Assembly (NCBI GenBank): GCA_951406725.2
Contig: OX597814.1
Span: forward strand, 88,412,001-88,476,000
Length of the DNA stretch: 64,000 nucleotides
Direction: 5' to 3'
Source: Octopus vulgaris
Lineage: Eukaryota
This document shows, piece by piece, positions 14,316 to 27,437 of the stretch (the first letter of the stretch is position 1; the number at the start of each line of letters is the position of its first letter). Below the pieces are notes generated by a model. It searched no databases and was not told the origin of the DNA. It worked only from the letters and a program-made list of their open reading frames with translations. The position numbers and the translations under genes are program-made.

Positions 14316-14542
14316 TTAACCCTTTAGCATTCAGATTATTCTGTCAAATATAATATTTATTCATCCATATTGTTTTAAGCTAATCATGCATTTTTTCGTA
14401 GCTTTAAGATTTCGATGATGTTATCACCTGTTTTTAGATTGACATTATAGGTTGGTGTGAGATACCAAATCTGGGCAGTTTTAACAGAAAACAGGTAGAT
14501 TATTTGGGCCGGATATGGCCGGTTTAAACACTAAAGGGTTAA
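14316..14542. mobile_element. piggyBac-type MITE (TTAA-flanked, CCCTTTAG TIR)
   Basis: TTAA-CCCTTTAGCATT ... AACACTAAAGGG-TTAA. Family copies at 41167-41346, 52973-53192 and 54999-55228. Confidence 0.8.
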
Positions 14543-14583
14543 GTTATTGCCCCATGTCAGTGATAGCAATGATTTAAACCTAC

Positions 14584-14810
14584 CAAGAGAAGTGTAGTTG
14601 ATGCAGAGAAACAGACAGAAAAACACAATAATGCTGTTCCAACAATGAGCCTGTGTATCAACTGACAGTAGAAATAATAGAACCAGAGCCTCACAAACAC
14701 AAGACACAGTCTTCAGTGACAAAGAGACAGCTCCTTTGGATGAGGTAAGTGATCTTCTTGAAAGATGAGCTTGAACATACTGTTTGATGCTGATTCCACA
14801 GAAGATTACT
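14584..14810 (-). CDS. SLC9A-like Na+/H+ exchanger, coding exon 4
   Basis: ttttccatttcag acceptor and G|GTAGGT donor, 227 nt, phase 2->1. VIFCGISIKQYVQAHLS...LKTVSCVCEALVLLFL...HCWNSIIVFFCLFLCINYTSL aligns with NHE1 LIASGVVMRPYVEANIS...LKMWSSVSETLIFIFL...[21 protein letters not shown]. Confidence 0.9.
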
Positions 14811-17580
14811 CTGAAATGGAAAAGAAAATATGTTGTTCAATTTAGAAATTAGTAAAAAGAAATACAAATAACAAAAGATAACAAAAGCTAAGAGACATTC
14901 ATAGTTAATATTAGGTTGACACTCAAAGAAGAAAAAAAGTTTAGTGTCATAGACTTTTGTTGTATACAAGTCCAAGAGACCCTGGGAAAAGAAAGAAGGG
15001 AAGGAGCTTAAAAAAAAGAGATCCAGGGAAAAAATGCATAGTTCATGCATTAAGTTTATGCTATATAAAATTATGCATATGTGTATGTGTGTCATAAATA
15101 TCTCACAGCATATCTGAGCTCCAATTTTGTATTGGACTTACAATACAACTTATTTATTCTCAGTGAGCTAAGGTGCTATTAACACACTCGAGTTTTGTCT
15201 AAAAGCAAGTCAGTACGCAGCATGGTTCAGTCAGGTTTCTAAGCTGAAAAGTGCTGCTTCCACTCTATAGTTGAATGAGTATTAATAAGTAGAGCATCCA
15301 TCTGTGAAAATAATTGCTTTAATAATTTACATGCAAATTTTACAAAAATATTTTACTTGTGCTGGTAGGGAAAAATTAACTATAATATAAGAAAAAAAAA
15401 TAACTATAATATAATAAAAGAAAGCAAATAAAAAGCAATTATCTTCCAGCCAAGGCTAATTAAAAAGAATTATCATAATTCAGAAAAAGAAACATTGTTT
15501 TTCTCCAATTTTTAATATGAATGTGATTTAATATATGACCATAAAACGAATATTTTAAAATCTATTTATAAATACAAGATATTTCCATAGAAACAAGCTA
15601 AAACAAAGGAAGTTCATCACAATAAGTTTAATTTTATCATTACTGTTTGTCAATGACATAACTAATCAAATTCTGATTGCATACTATTGTCTTTGAAGAT
15701 GAGTGATACACTGGATAATATAGTTTTCAATACACAATGCCCAAAAGGACAAGATAGTCCTGGCCGGAATGGCCATTTCCTTGGACTCAGTATCCATTAG
15801 TCTCATCTATATACTAACTAAAGATGATTGACATTGATGAATGTCTCTGATCAAGTAATTAATTCACTTATGAGTTAATAATATACGAGTTAAAGTAGAA
15901 GCCATCAGTAATATTGTTAAATAAGGCAACTTTTGAGTACTAGTTAGATGCGATCAGTGTAGTAACTGAATCTCATTCAAGTTTCTTGACAAACTACAAA
16001 ATAGGAACCATAAGAGGTTGGATCTGAATTTCAGGACAGAGTGGGCAAGAATACAAACAAAGCAACAGGGATTTAACAAGAACAATAGAAAGAAAGGCTA
16101 ACAGTAAGCTAGTATAAATAATTGTGTGTGGGTATGCAAGGTATATCCTGTATACATTCAGATTGACAATATTGAAAGAGGATGTGTATATTGCATGACT
16201 GTAAATGCAGAAATGGCAGTGGCTATAATCACTCTGATTGAGATCTCTATTTTGAGTAATGTTGTTTATTTGTGTCCGTGTCACTAGAAATAATTTTGAA
16301 AGTGGGAAGAAAATTGTTGCATGTATATTTGAGTGAAAAGCAAGTGGATAGGTACAAGTAGGAAGGTTGTTGCAATATATTTATGCAGAGTAGATGTTTT
16401 AGTCATGTGAGGACCAATGTTGTACGTGACCTTTGTCTGCATGCCTATCCAGAGTGGCAAGATTGATATGGACAATACCCAGCTTGTCTGTTTCCAGACA
16501 ATTAGTCCAAACGTTTGCAAGTGAACTTTGCTAAAAGGCACTTAAAGACTACCAAATAATACAGCTATTTAAAAATAAAACAATTAAAGCAAAATATTGG
16601 GAAATAGTACTAGGCCTTAAGATCATATCAGAGAGGGAGAAGTAAAACGTTTATACTAGAAAAATTATGCATGTTTTTTTTTCAAAAATAATTTGTAAAT
16701 GCAAACAAAACTGCAGCATACTTCAATAAATGCTTTATATGGAAATAAAAGCTGTTAACTTAATTGCACTTCTATTTTTAAATTAGAATCAACAACAGCT
16801 TCATCAGTTTTGCATTTTTGCCTAAGTTGTATTGATTACATAAGCTCATAATACACAAGTCTCAACCAGGCATCATGTCTTTCTTGAGGTTCCATGTTCT
16901 TATATTTATCCTAGTTACTGCATTCCACCTAATACTAATTTTCATCTCTCTCTCTCTCTCTCTCATCTTAATATGCATCCCTAATCTATTTTATTATACC
17001 CAAACCAGTGGTTTTGATTTTCAGTAGCTTGTATCTAATCTGTCTCATTCAAGACATTTCTAATAGAAATCATAAGTTATAAATAATCATTGTACTGTCA
17101 TGTTAGTTGTTTTACAACTATTTTTCTGAGCTACTAATACTGAAATTTTGCTCAGATTGCTTTTGTATAAGTCAACATTTTGCTAGGAGACAATATTAAT
17201 CTACTAAGTGTTCTCCCTATAACTATCTCTTTAAATGTGAAGTGCAGATGCAAGCTAGTATCAACTATTAGGATATTTTTTTCAAGTGAAGTAGAAGTTT
17301 TACAACTGGATAAGCTTCTTCCTCTCAACTACTAATCACTCAAGTACAAAGTCAAATGCTGCAATGCAATAAACAATCAGGAACTAGATAAATTCATCTA
17401 AACAGGGTTATGCTAATTAAAAATAATAACCTAATAATTGCAGCCAATGAAAATGAATTTATAATGTTTTGGTATTATCAAAGGTTCAAAATATATTGTT
17501 TTAACCATGTCATATTTTATCAACAAAGCAGCTGCCCTACTGATTAATAATCTCAGTTGGAAATTCTACAAGCCTAATAT

Positions 17581-17935
17581 AGGCACAGATATGGCTGTGT
17601 GGTAAGAAGTTTGCATCCCAACCACATGATTCCAGGTTGAGTCCCACTGCATGGAACCTTGGGCAAGTGTCTTCTACTATAGTCCCAGGCTGACCAAAGC
17701 CTTGTGAGTGGATTTGGTAGCTAGAAACTGTGCCCCCCCCCCATACCACTTGGTAACCAGTGCTGGTGTGTTTATGTCCCTGTAACTTATTGGTTCAGCA
17801 AAAGGAACTGGTAGCATAAGTACCAGGCTGATAAAAACTAAGTACTGGGGTCGATACATTCAACCAAAAATTCTTCAATGTGGTGCCCCAACATGGCCAC
17901 AGTCTAATGACTTAAGCAAGTAAAAGATACAAGAT
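17581..17935 (+). mobile_element. tRNA-derived SINE with CORE-like CCTTGGGCAAGTGTCTT segment (copies at 6751-6905, 25974-26380, 30030-30380, 54000-54378 plus; 21490-21890, 26795-26967, 37048-37417, 46510-46782 minus)
   Basis: A-box-like TGGCTGTGTGGTAAG and B-box-like GGTTCAGTCCC; shared body and tail across more than 9 copies in the window. Confidence 0.85.
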
Positions 17936-18008
17936 AGCTTGCATTGGAATGAAAACACGGAGTATTTCCTGAATAGCATTGAATCCTTACAAGAAGCTAA
18001 TGTTCTAT

Positions 18009-18600
18009 TCATCATCATCATTTAACGTCCGCTTTCCATGCTAGCATGGGTTGGACGGTTCAACTGGGGTCTGGGGAGCCCGAAGGCTGCACCAGGCCAG
18101 TCAGATCTGGCAGTGTTTCTACAGCTGGATGCCCTTCCTAACGCCAACCACTCCGAGAGTGTAGTGGGTGATTTTATGTGCCACCGACACAGGTGCCAAA
18201 CGAGGCTGGCGAACGGCCACGCTCGGATGGTGTTTTTTATGTGCCACCGACACAGGTGCCAGACGAGGCTGGCAGACGGCCACGCTCGGATGGTGTTTTT
18301 ATGTGCCACCGACACAGGTGCCAGATGAGGCTGGCGAACGGCCACGATCGAATGGTGTTTGTTACGTGCCCACAGCACGGAGGCCAGTCGATGCGGTACT
18401 GGCTACGGCCACATTCGGATGGTTTTCTTGTGTGCCACCAGCACTGGTACCACAAAGATACAAATTCCATTGATGTTCATCTATTTTGATTTGGTTCGAT
18501 TTGTTTTGATTTTCACTTGCCTCAACAGGTCTTCACAAGTGTCACAAGAAGGAAGGTATGCACAGGTGGACTGACAACGTCCCAGGTAGGGGCCACGGGT
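18009..18600 (-). mobile_element. Young 5'-truncated RTE 3' UTR copy with ~4 tandem ~60-bp units
   Basis: CpG-intact repeats of GTGCCACCGACACAGGTGCCA.ACGAGGCTGGC and a (CAT)n tail at 18009-18021. Confidence 0.85.
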
Positions 18601-21600
18601 TTACTAAGAATATACTACCCAATATAAAAAAAAATTTAAAAGTGCCTATTTGACTGATACGACTAAAGAACCTTCCAATCTCTTCCCTAGTGTAAAGTTT
18701 GACTCACTATTTCATTGTACTATAAAGGCTTCCAATGCTCATACATCACTCTGTACATTCACCATTTATTCACTCAAATATCCATAGTACCTTCTTATAT
18801 TCCAGATTTTATACTAAATATTTTGCCAAATCTTGCCCAGAACAATACTTTTTTTCCAGGAACTCTCTGTGCCTATATATTCTTCCAACCACTATATTAC
18901 TTCAGACTGAATGTTCACACTCAACCATCCAAGCCATCTCAATGAAGAGGTGAGAAGACAGAAACCTATCGGTACTATCCCTTCATTTATAAACTAAAAA
19001 TAAAAATAAAAGCAAAATAAAACTTACTAAGCAGATTGAGTAAAAACAAACTAAGAAATAACAAACAGTGCATACGTGCAATGTTTTCATATGCGAATGT
19101 GTGTTCATATGTGAATGTATAAAAATGCAGCTAACATGTTTAGGCTATTGGGATTATAGCAAATAAAATAATTTTATGAATTGATTTATGGAACAAAATT
19201 AAATGCAGATGAAATATAAAAGTAACCTAGTTAGTAAAAAAAATAATCAATACAGAATATGACCAATATAAAATTCAGAATGAAAATACAGATAAAAATG
19301 AAATATGTATGTCACTGGAAGATGCGTAGGTTTAGAAAATAGTGTTTTATATAGAGTTTTGAGATCTGGTGATTATATTATTTTATAAATTTTTCTTTCC
19401 TTGAAATTTGTTGACAGTACATGAATATATACTAGATAACAAAAAAAAAAAAAATTAGACAAATTCAATATGAAAAGCTTACTTGAGAAATAAAAATACA
19501 AGGTATTTTGATTGCCATGATGGAAAACAACCATTAGAACCTGAACAATGGTCCCAGAGCAAAAGAGAACAAACTGACAACGTAGCAAATATATATTAGA
19601 AATTTTAATGAAATTTACTGATAAGATAATTTATTTTTTGTTTGTAGTGCAGTAGAACTGTATGCGATGGGTCAGACCAAAGTGACAAGATAAAATTATC
19701 CAAAAGTGATGTCATAGGGTAAAAATTAGAAAGGATGCCAAGTAACTAGATCAATTCATTATGTATTACTAATAACAGCTGTTGAATTTTTTCTAAATTT
19801 GTAGCTATGAATCTTATCACCTCATTAAAAAAAACAACAAACGTTTCAAACCAACAAGAAAGCTTCTATGTAATTCATCTGTGCAGCTCAGTATAAAAAC
19901 AGTCAAATATGCTGTTGTTTAGGCTTAGGCCAGCATTGATCAAAGTCATTCCAGTTATGACTATCCTGAGCTTTGAGACTATATTTACCCAGTATATCTA
20001 GGACAACATTATCTAAAGTGTCATATTTTCCATTTTGAATGGAAGGAAGTGATCTGATGGGAGTTTAGCTATTATTTCTAGCTGCTGAAATTTTCATGTA
20101 GATCAACATGTATCTTTGAAGATTTTTAAGAATACTTAAGTAAAATTATGGTCAATTCTCAGTTATTAGGGCCTATAAATGAACCACTGTCATTGTGAAT
20201 GGGATACATGAATGACATCTATGCCACAGGTAATTTGTCCTTGAAATTTGTGAAATATGTCTCATGAAGGTGATGACAAATGACCAAGTCTTCTGACAAT
20301 TTGCTGTGCTTGAGAAGACACATCAAGCTAGGTGAAATTGTAATCATGGTCAGTGCCAGTGAGACATTAAAGGCACCAGTGCCAGTGACAGGTAAAAGGC
20401 CCTCATGCCGGTGACATGTAAAAAACACCCAGTACACCATGCCAGCATAGAGAACAGATGTTAAATGATGATGATGATGATGACAAACAATCCTTCTTTT
20501 TAACACAGACACAAGACCAGAAATTTGTGAAATAGGAGAGGTGGTAGTCAATTGAAATCAACCTAGTACCTGACTGGTACTTTATCAAGCTCTGGAAGAA
20601 TGAAAGACAAAGTCAGCTTTAGCAGGATTTAAAAGTCAGAACATGACATGAAGTGGCTTAACTAAATACTGCAAGGAACTTTAGCCAAAGTTGTAACAAT
20701 TCTGTGAATCCACCACAATAAAAATCATCATCATAATTTAACGCCCACTCATCTATGCTTGTAAGAGTTAGACAGAATTTGTTGAGGCAGATCTTCTGCA
20801 GCTGGATGCTCTTCTGATTGCCAACCCTCACCTGTGTCCAAGCAAGGTAATAATTTCCCCATGGCTAGACATGTTTTTTATGGAAGACTGGAAACGAATA
20901 CCCTCACTTGTATGACAATGATATCCACTTACAACCATCACACGGTGTCTAAACACGGTTACACATAAACAAATGTATATGCATATACATGTATATATAT
21001 ATATATATGTGTGTGTGTGCGTGTATGATGAGCTTCTTTCAGTGTTTGTCTACCAAATCCATTCACAAGGCTTTAGATGGCCCAAGGTGCTGCACAGTGT
21101 GACTGAACACAAGACCACATGGTTGGTTAATTAAAATTCCATATTCATTAAGCTATTAACTTATATCACTTTGACACTGGTATGATTTGAGTGCCTTCCA
21201 TCAACAGTTTAACTATGAATAGAAGGCACTCAAATGATATCAGTATGATGCTATAAAATGTAACAAGTGATTGCCAAGAAGATATGACTGCATTGTGTTT
21301 TCAAAAATAATACTGTGATAAGATAAATAATTGAATTAATCACAAGAACTGCAACAGAATATGTTCTACATATCTTCAACTTCGAAACTGCTGTTAACAA
21401 TAACAAGTGCTGAGTTTGGGATATCAAATCAAATTCCTTATTTATATTTCTTTAGCAAGTGAATCTGATTCCAAATTATGTGTAGAAACTCAAAGAATTT
21501 ATCTTTTATCGTTTACTTGTTTCAATCATTTGACTGCTGCCATGCTGGGGTACTGCCTCGAAGAGTTTTAGTGAAACAAATTGACCCCGGGACATAAACA

Positions 21601-21669
21601 CACCAACACCAGTTGTCAAGTGACGGTGTTAGACAATCACAAAGACACATGCACACATAGATATATACA

Positions 21670-21672
<3 letters not shown>

Positions 21673-21721
<49 letters not shown>
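21673..21721. repeat. (AT)n microsatellite inside a SINE
   Basis: Directly visible. Confidence 0.95.
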
Positions 21722-21724
<3 letters not shown>

Positions 21725-22199
21725 ACATACACACATATATGATGGGTCTTTCAGTTTCTCTCCATCAAATCCACTCACAAGGCTTTGGTTGACCCAAGAC
21801 TATAGTAAAAAGCACTTGCCCAAGGTATCATACAGTAAGACTGAACCCGAAACCATGTGGTTGGGAACCAAGCTTCTTGCTACATAGTCATGATGTGCCA
21901 ATAGTATCACAATAGAATTTATATTGTTATATTCAGTCTTTATTTGCTAAGAAGTTCTTAATATGATAAGAGGATTGCTTATTTTTTCTGTGCTTCTTAA
22001 TCTTTCCTTATTCACACCCTCTCACACTTTCCCAAAAGCTAACAATCTCTTTTCAACATATCATATTTTTAATTATTCATAACAACAGAGAAAAGTACCC
22101 ATGACTTTTGTGAATATTTCAAGACTAATGCAATTGATGCTTAATTTGAACTGCTATTAGCTGATGATTACAAGAAGGAATGAAAAAAGGGAGAAAAAA

Positions 22200-22740
22200 G
22201 TAAATGTATGGGAAGGGAATTCTATTGAGCTGCATTTCTGGGGAAGAATGACTGGGCATATTGCTTAGTGTAGAATCTAGGGTAAGAAATAGTAGAAATA
22301 GCTTGAGGAGGAGAGACAACTGATCTTGATGTAATCTTAGAAAGTCAAACTGTAGAAGATTAGAGGACACCATAGTGATGTTAGAAGTAGCAGAGTGAAG
22401 AAGCTCTTGAGTCAGTGGTTGTAGAGCACTGGTAAGAGAATTGCTGCCTATTAACCAAATAGACTTCAATGTGGTGATCTAGAATATTTATTTGTGTAGT
22501 AGCAGCACCTTCCTAGATATCTAAACAATATTCCAATGTTTGTCTTACTTAAGTACTGTAGAGCAGTTGAGCAGGATTGAGGTAGTGTTTGCCTCTAAAT
22601 AAGAATCCCAGTCTTTTGAATGCAGTTTTAGCAATGACATATATTGGAAGCTGCTTATAGAGATCATTTGGGACAAAGCCAATAAGCTGATAATGTTAAG
22701 CAAATAAAGAGTTTGGAATCTATTCATTTTTATAACAACA
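22200..22740 (-). mobile_element. CR1/L2-like LINE RT C-terminal fossil (another remnant at ~4050-4300)
   Basis: Remnants of LGFLFR..YF...LL.LYK..VRP.MEYC..IW.G...ILD motifs on the minus strand. Confidence 0.55.
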
Positions 22741-23018
22741 ATTAGTTGACAACATTATTAGTGATAATAATAAACAGCTTTCATGATATGTATGTGAAAT
22801 CAGTATGAAAAATCATCAGAGGTCATTACCGTTTGGTTACAATAGTTTCAAGTGTATGAGAATGTTAAAAGTAAGGACCTGAGAACTAATATAACTATGA
22901 CTTAATATAATTTCATCCACTCTTATAGATTCTGTTTAAAGCCAAGATCATCCCCCCCACCCCACGGGCATTCAAACACTGCAAAAATGACAATGAAAAC
23001 ACTTATTTACATACTTAC

Positions 23019-23272
23019 CCTAAAATTGCTGGCAGTTGGAACAGTTGCAGACTGAAATAGATGAGGCAAACCAGAACGGCAATGACTGCAAATTCTAAGA
23101 AGTAAATAGTTGACGGTCTGCAGACATTGCCAACAATGGATGCTAAGCAGCTAAGTAAAAGACCAGTAGCTGTTCCTTCAACTCCAACAGCTAGCAGACA
23201 CTCAACAATGTTTCCTAAAGAGCTTGGTCTCAGGACTGTGGTGTATGTATTACCCATGAAATGGTAAAGAAT
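23019..23272 (-). CDS. SLC9A-like Na+/H+ exchanger, coding exon 3
   Basis: tttcttgcag acceptor and GG|GTAAGT donor, 254 nt, phase 0->2. ILYHFM...LAVGVEGTATG...LEFAVIAVLVCLIYFSLQLFQLPAILG aligns with NHE1 VLYHLF...VVALGGVLVG...[27 protein letters not shown]. Confidence 0.9.
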
Positions 23273-23996
23273 CTGCAAGAAAAAAAAAACATTGTTTACT
23301 ATTTTAGCTAATCATATTAGAAAATAAAGCAACACTGCTGGCATATTCTTAATTAAAGATCTTTCAAAGAAAATATATTATTGAGTAAAAGCCACATACC
23401 ACTTACATACTTCAATATATAAAAAAAAAAATGAAAACAATTATAGAACAATAATGAAATAATAATATATGCTGAAGTAAAGAAAGTAGTATTCACAATA
23501 CATCAGACAGCTTATAAGAATTTGGTTAAATGAATTCAAATTGTTATATTTGGGTCACAAATTAAATTTCCATAATGATTAGCTATACATTACATGATCG
23601 CATTAGTCTTAATCTGGTGCTTAAATTCTACAATTACAGGCGGTTTTTTTTTTAATATATTGATCTTTTTCTAGTTTTAACCTTTTAAATATTCAGGTAA
23701 GTCAATAAATTCAAATTTTTATTCTCATATACAATTCAAAATAACATAAATGGAATCAAATATTACTAAATTGAAAATCAAAGACATTAATTCTACTCCA
23801 TTATATTCAATTGCTTGTTATGATTCATGTGATGTAAATAAAATCGAACAGATCTCATTATTACACTGATGCATTCATCATCATAATATTTCTAAATGTA
23901 TTTCTATATTTTATTTTTATAAGGAAATAATTAATAAGGTATAATATATATATATATATTAAATGGTTAATAGGTTATATATATATATATATATAT

Positions 23997-24721
23997 AAGT
24001 TGTGTAAGAGTGGATGTCTGATGCGCCATGAGTGTAAAGGTCACAGTTACTCATGAAATGCGATTTCAGAAATAAATAATGGCTGAACTTAAGAGTTGTC
24101 GACATTAATATAATCTGTAGTGCTTCAAAACATTAAAATATATGGTGAGATGGGCTGACCATTTTGAAATTACTGATGTTAAACAATTGACATAGGTAAA
24201 ATAACTGTTATCAACATAATTGCACTTTAGGAATATGTTGCTATGAGGTTAACAGATATCTGTGCGACTGTTTCTCTGTGTACTTATATCCTCTATTTGA
24301 GCACTCAGAAAGCATACCTATTAATTTGAGTCATCCTGATGAAAACTCCTCATATCCTCTCTTTCCCTCTCTCTCTATATATATAAATACACACACACAC
24401 ACACACAAGAAGAGAGAGAGAGACAGATATACACAGAGAAACAGTCGCACAGATATCTGTTAACCTCATAGCAACATATTCCTAAAGTGCAATTGTGTTG
24501 ATAACAGTTATTTACCTATGTCAATAGTTTAACATCAGTAATTTCAAAATGGTCAGCCCATCTCACCATATATTTTAATGTTTTGAAGCACTACAGATTA
24601 TATTAATGTCGACAACTCTTAAGTTCAGCCATTATTTATTTCTGAAATCGCATTTCATGAGTAACTGTGACCTTTACACTCATGGCGCATCAGACATCCA
24701 CTCTTCAACCTTACACAACTT
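23997..24721. repeat. Near-perfect inverted repeat, ~286-bp arms (23997-24282 / 24430-24721)
   Basis: Arms are reverse complements apart from about 2 substitutions and 2 small indels. The ~150-bp spacer contains microsatellites. Confidence 0.95.
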
Positions 24722-27021
24722 TTACAGTTGTAGTCTACTTCCCCATTCCCTCATCTCCTGCTTTCCATACAATCTTGCAAACAACCCACTTACCTGCTTC
24801 TGTTCACCATGTGCTTTGAGGGGCCACTTGGGCAACACATTGCCACTATTTATCTCTTTACAGCCCTACTTACCATTTCTTTCCTTCTAGCAAATGCGAG
24901 TAGCCATACAACACCTCTACAAGAATCTGTTCTAACTGCTAAACCCCAACCCCCACGGCCACCACTACCTACCAGGAATCTGTAGACTTGCGAGCTGCAT
25001 GATGACTTTAATAGTGTTGATGACATGAAAAAAAAGCACCAAGTACATGCTGTAAAGTAGTTGGCATTAAGAAGGACATCCAACTATAAAAACCATGCCA
25101 AAGCAGACACTGGAGCACAATGCAGTCCTTGGACCTACTCAGACCCTTTCAAACCATCAAGCCCATGCCAGTATGGAACATGTGCATTAAATAATGATAA
25201 TGATGATGACACAGTGACCATGACAATAATTTGAAAGGTAATCAAGAGTTACTTAAGCTGGTGTCAGAGCAGTAGCGTAGCTAATAGGGGAGTAACCATT
25301 CCCCCTACCCCTGTGAGCACATTTTTCAAACTGGCACCTTTTCAACAATTTAAAAAAATATTGTATGTCAGTATAATAGTAACACGCTTGTTACGAAAAC
25401 AAAGAGCTATGGATTCGAGATCCACACATACAAGAACCCAACTTTTTTCCATCGAGGGCTAATATGCCCCAATATTTAGACTATTTTCTTTAGTCATTGT
25501 ATGGTGATTGCTTATAAGCTTTAAGCCTATAAAATATTATTATTATTATTCACAGAATTATAAAAAATTGATGCTGCTTAAGAAAAACCATCACAGAAAG
25601 GCACAATTTTTGTTAACTCTTTAGTTAACTATATCAGCTGTTTCATATATAATGACATTGTTACTGAATCATGAAATTAATGAATATTGAATACAATTAC
25701 ATCTAATATTACTAGTGAAATATGTTGCAAAAATTGTTCGGTATGTATCACCGTGCCTTTCTTTTATATGTGCTTGCTCTCACTAACATTAGATCCTGGC
25801 TATATCTCTGCGTCAGAGTATCAAGTCTACGCTCTGTAGTAAAAAAGTTATTTTGTTCTAACACTTGGATAAATCTAATATTAAATATAACAACATAAAA
25901 TAAAATTTCAACTTTTATGAATGAAAAAGATGAAGCAATACATAGCATTAATAGTTATCAAAAAATGTTGATATAGGTGCAAGAGGGCTGTGTGGTAAGA
26001 AGTCTGCTTCCCAACCACATGATTCCAGGTTCAGTCCCACTGTGTGGCACCTTGGGCAAGTATCTTCTACTATAGCCTCGGGCTGTCCAAAACCTTGTGA
26101 CTGGATTTGTAGATGGAAACTGAAAGAAGTCGTATGTATGTATGTATGTATGTACGTAGGTATGTATGCATGTATTTTTGTATCTGTTTGTCTCCTCACC
26201 ATTGCTTGACAACCAATATTGATGTTTTTATGTCCCCATAACTTAGCAGTTCAACAAAAGACACTGATAGTATAAATAATAGGCTTCCACAGAAAAAGTC
26301 CTGGGGTTGATTTGTATGACTAAAGGTGATGCTCCAGCATGGCTGCAGTCAAATGACTGAAACACATAAATAAATAAAAATATTGCAAGAATTCATCATT
26401 ATCATTTAACATCCACTTTTCCATCTTTACATGGGTTGGATGGAGTTTAGTTGAGGCAGATTTTTCTATGGTTTGATGCCTTTCCTGTTGCCAACCCTCA
26501 CCTATTTCCAAGCAAGGCAATATTTCTCCATGGGTAGGTATGTTTACGTAGAATACTGAAAATGAATGACACTGCTTGTATGACAGTGACAGTCATTTGC
26601 AACTATCATGCAATGTCAAGACAAGGAGACACACACACATATCTCAACAGGCCAAAACTGTAATGATGATTGGAAATTTGACTGATGACTAGAAAGCCAC
26701 GAATGTTCTGTTGTGGTTTTCCTGTCCATATGTTTTCATTGTTGTCTGTTACGTTCTTTGGATTTTTATATATATATAAATATATATATATAGACACACA
26801 CGATGGGCTTCTTTCAGATTTTGTCAATCAAATCCATTCACAAGGCTTTGGTTGGCCTGAGGATAACGTAGAAGGCACTTGTGCAAAGTGCCATGCAGTG
26901 GGACTGAACCTGGAACCATGTGGTTGGGGAAGCAGACTCTTTACCACCCAGCCATACCTGTGCCTACATATCATATACACACATATGCAAGCATACACAT
27001 GAAATATTGTATTATACTTAC

Positions 27022-27437
27022 CAAGGAAATTGTATCAATTAAGAGGGATTCTCCAAATACAATGAAGTCAGGAATGGTGTTGAAATGAATATCTTTGAAG
27101 GCAGCAAGTAATGGTAAAGGATCGAGTGGAAAAATAAAACAGCTGAGTAGAAAGCAGTACAAGAGTCTGACTTTGCAACGTAAAATATGGTAGAGGCCAA
27201 CAGAAAGTAGTAATATGCAGATCAGTTTGAACAGATGTATGGGCCCTGGCTTAGCTATCAATGGGACCAAAATCAAAGTCAAGATAGCAAAAATTGCAGC
27301 AAAGTCTGGAGCGAGATTTGCAGATGTCAATGAGGGCCAAGAGATGAAGTAAGGCATATAAGAAAGAAGAGTCAGAGTTGTAATTGCCAAAAACAGAGGG
27401 ATTACGGTGGATTTCCTCCATTTTAGTGTGTCCAAAT
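27022..27437 (-). CDS. SLC9A-like Na+/H+ exchanger, coding exon 2
   Basis: Long polypyrimidine tract with TAG acceptor and TTG|GTAAGT donor, 416 nt. Encodes LDPLPLLAAFKDIHFNTIPDFIVFGESLLIDTISL, matching NHE1 [35 protein letters not shown]. Confidence 0.92.

Noticed and set aside
18160-18440. Regularly spaced ~60-bp repeats resembling a CRISPR array
   Set aside because: The units are similar along their whole length with no unique spacers, there are no cas genes, the context is eukaryotic, and they are part of a LINE 3' UTR.
26640-26765. CTGATGA...GAAA hammerhead-like motif (also CTGAAGA at ~63405)
   Set aside because: No convincing stems I-III; at most a degraded Penelope-like remnant.
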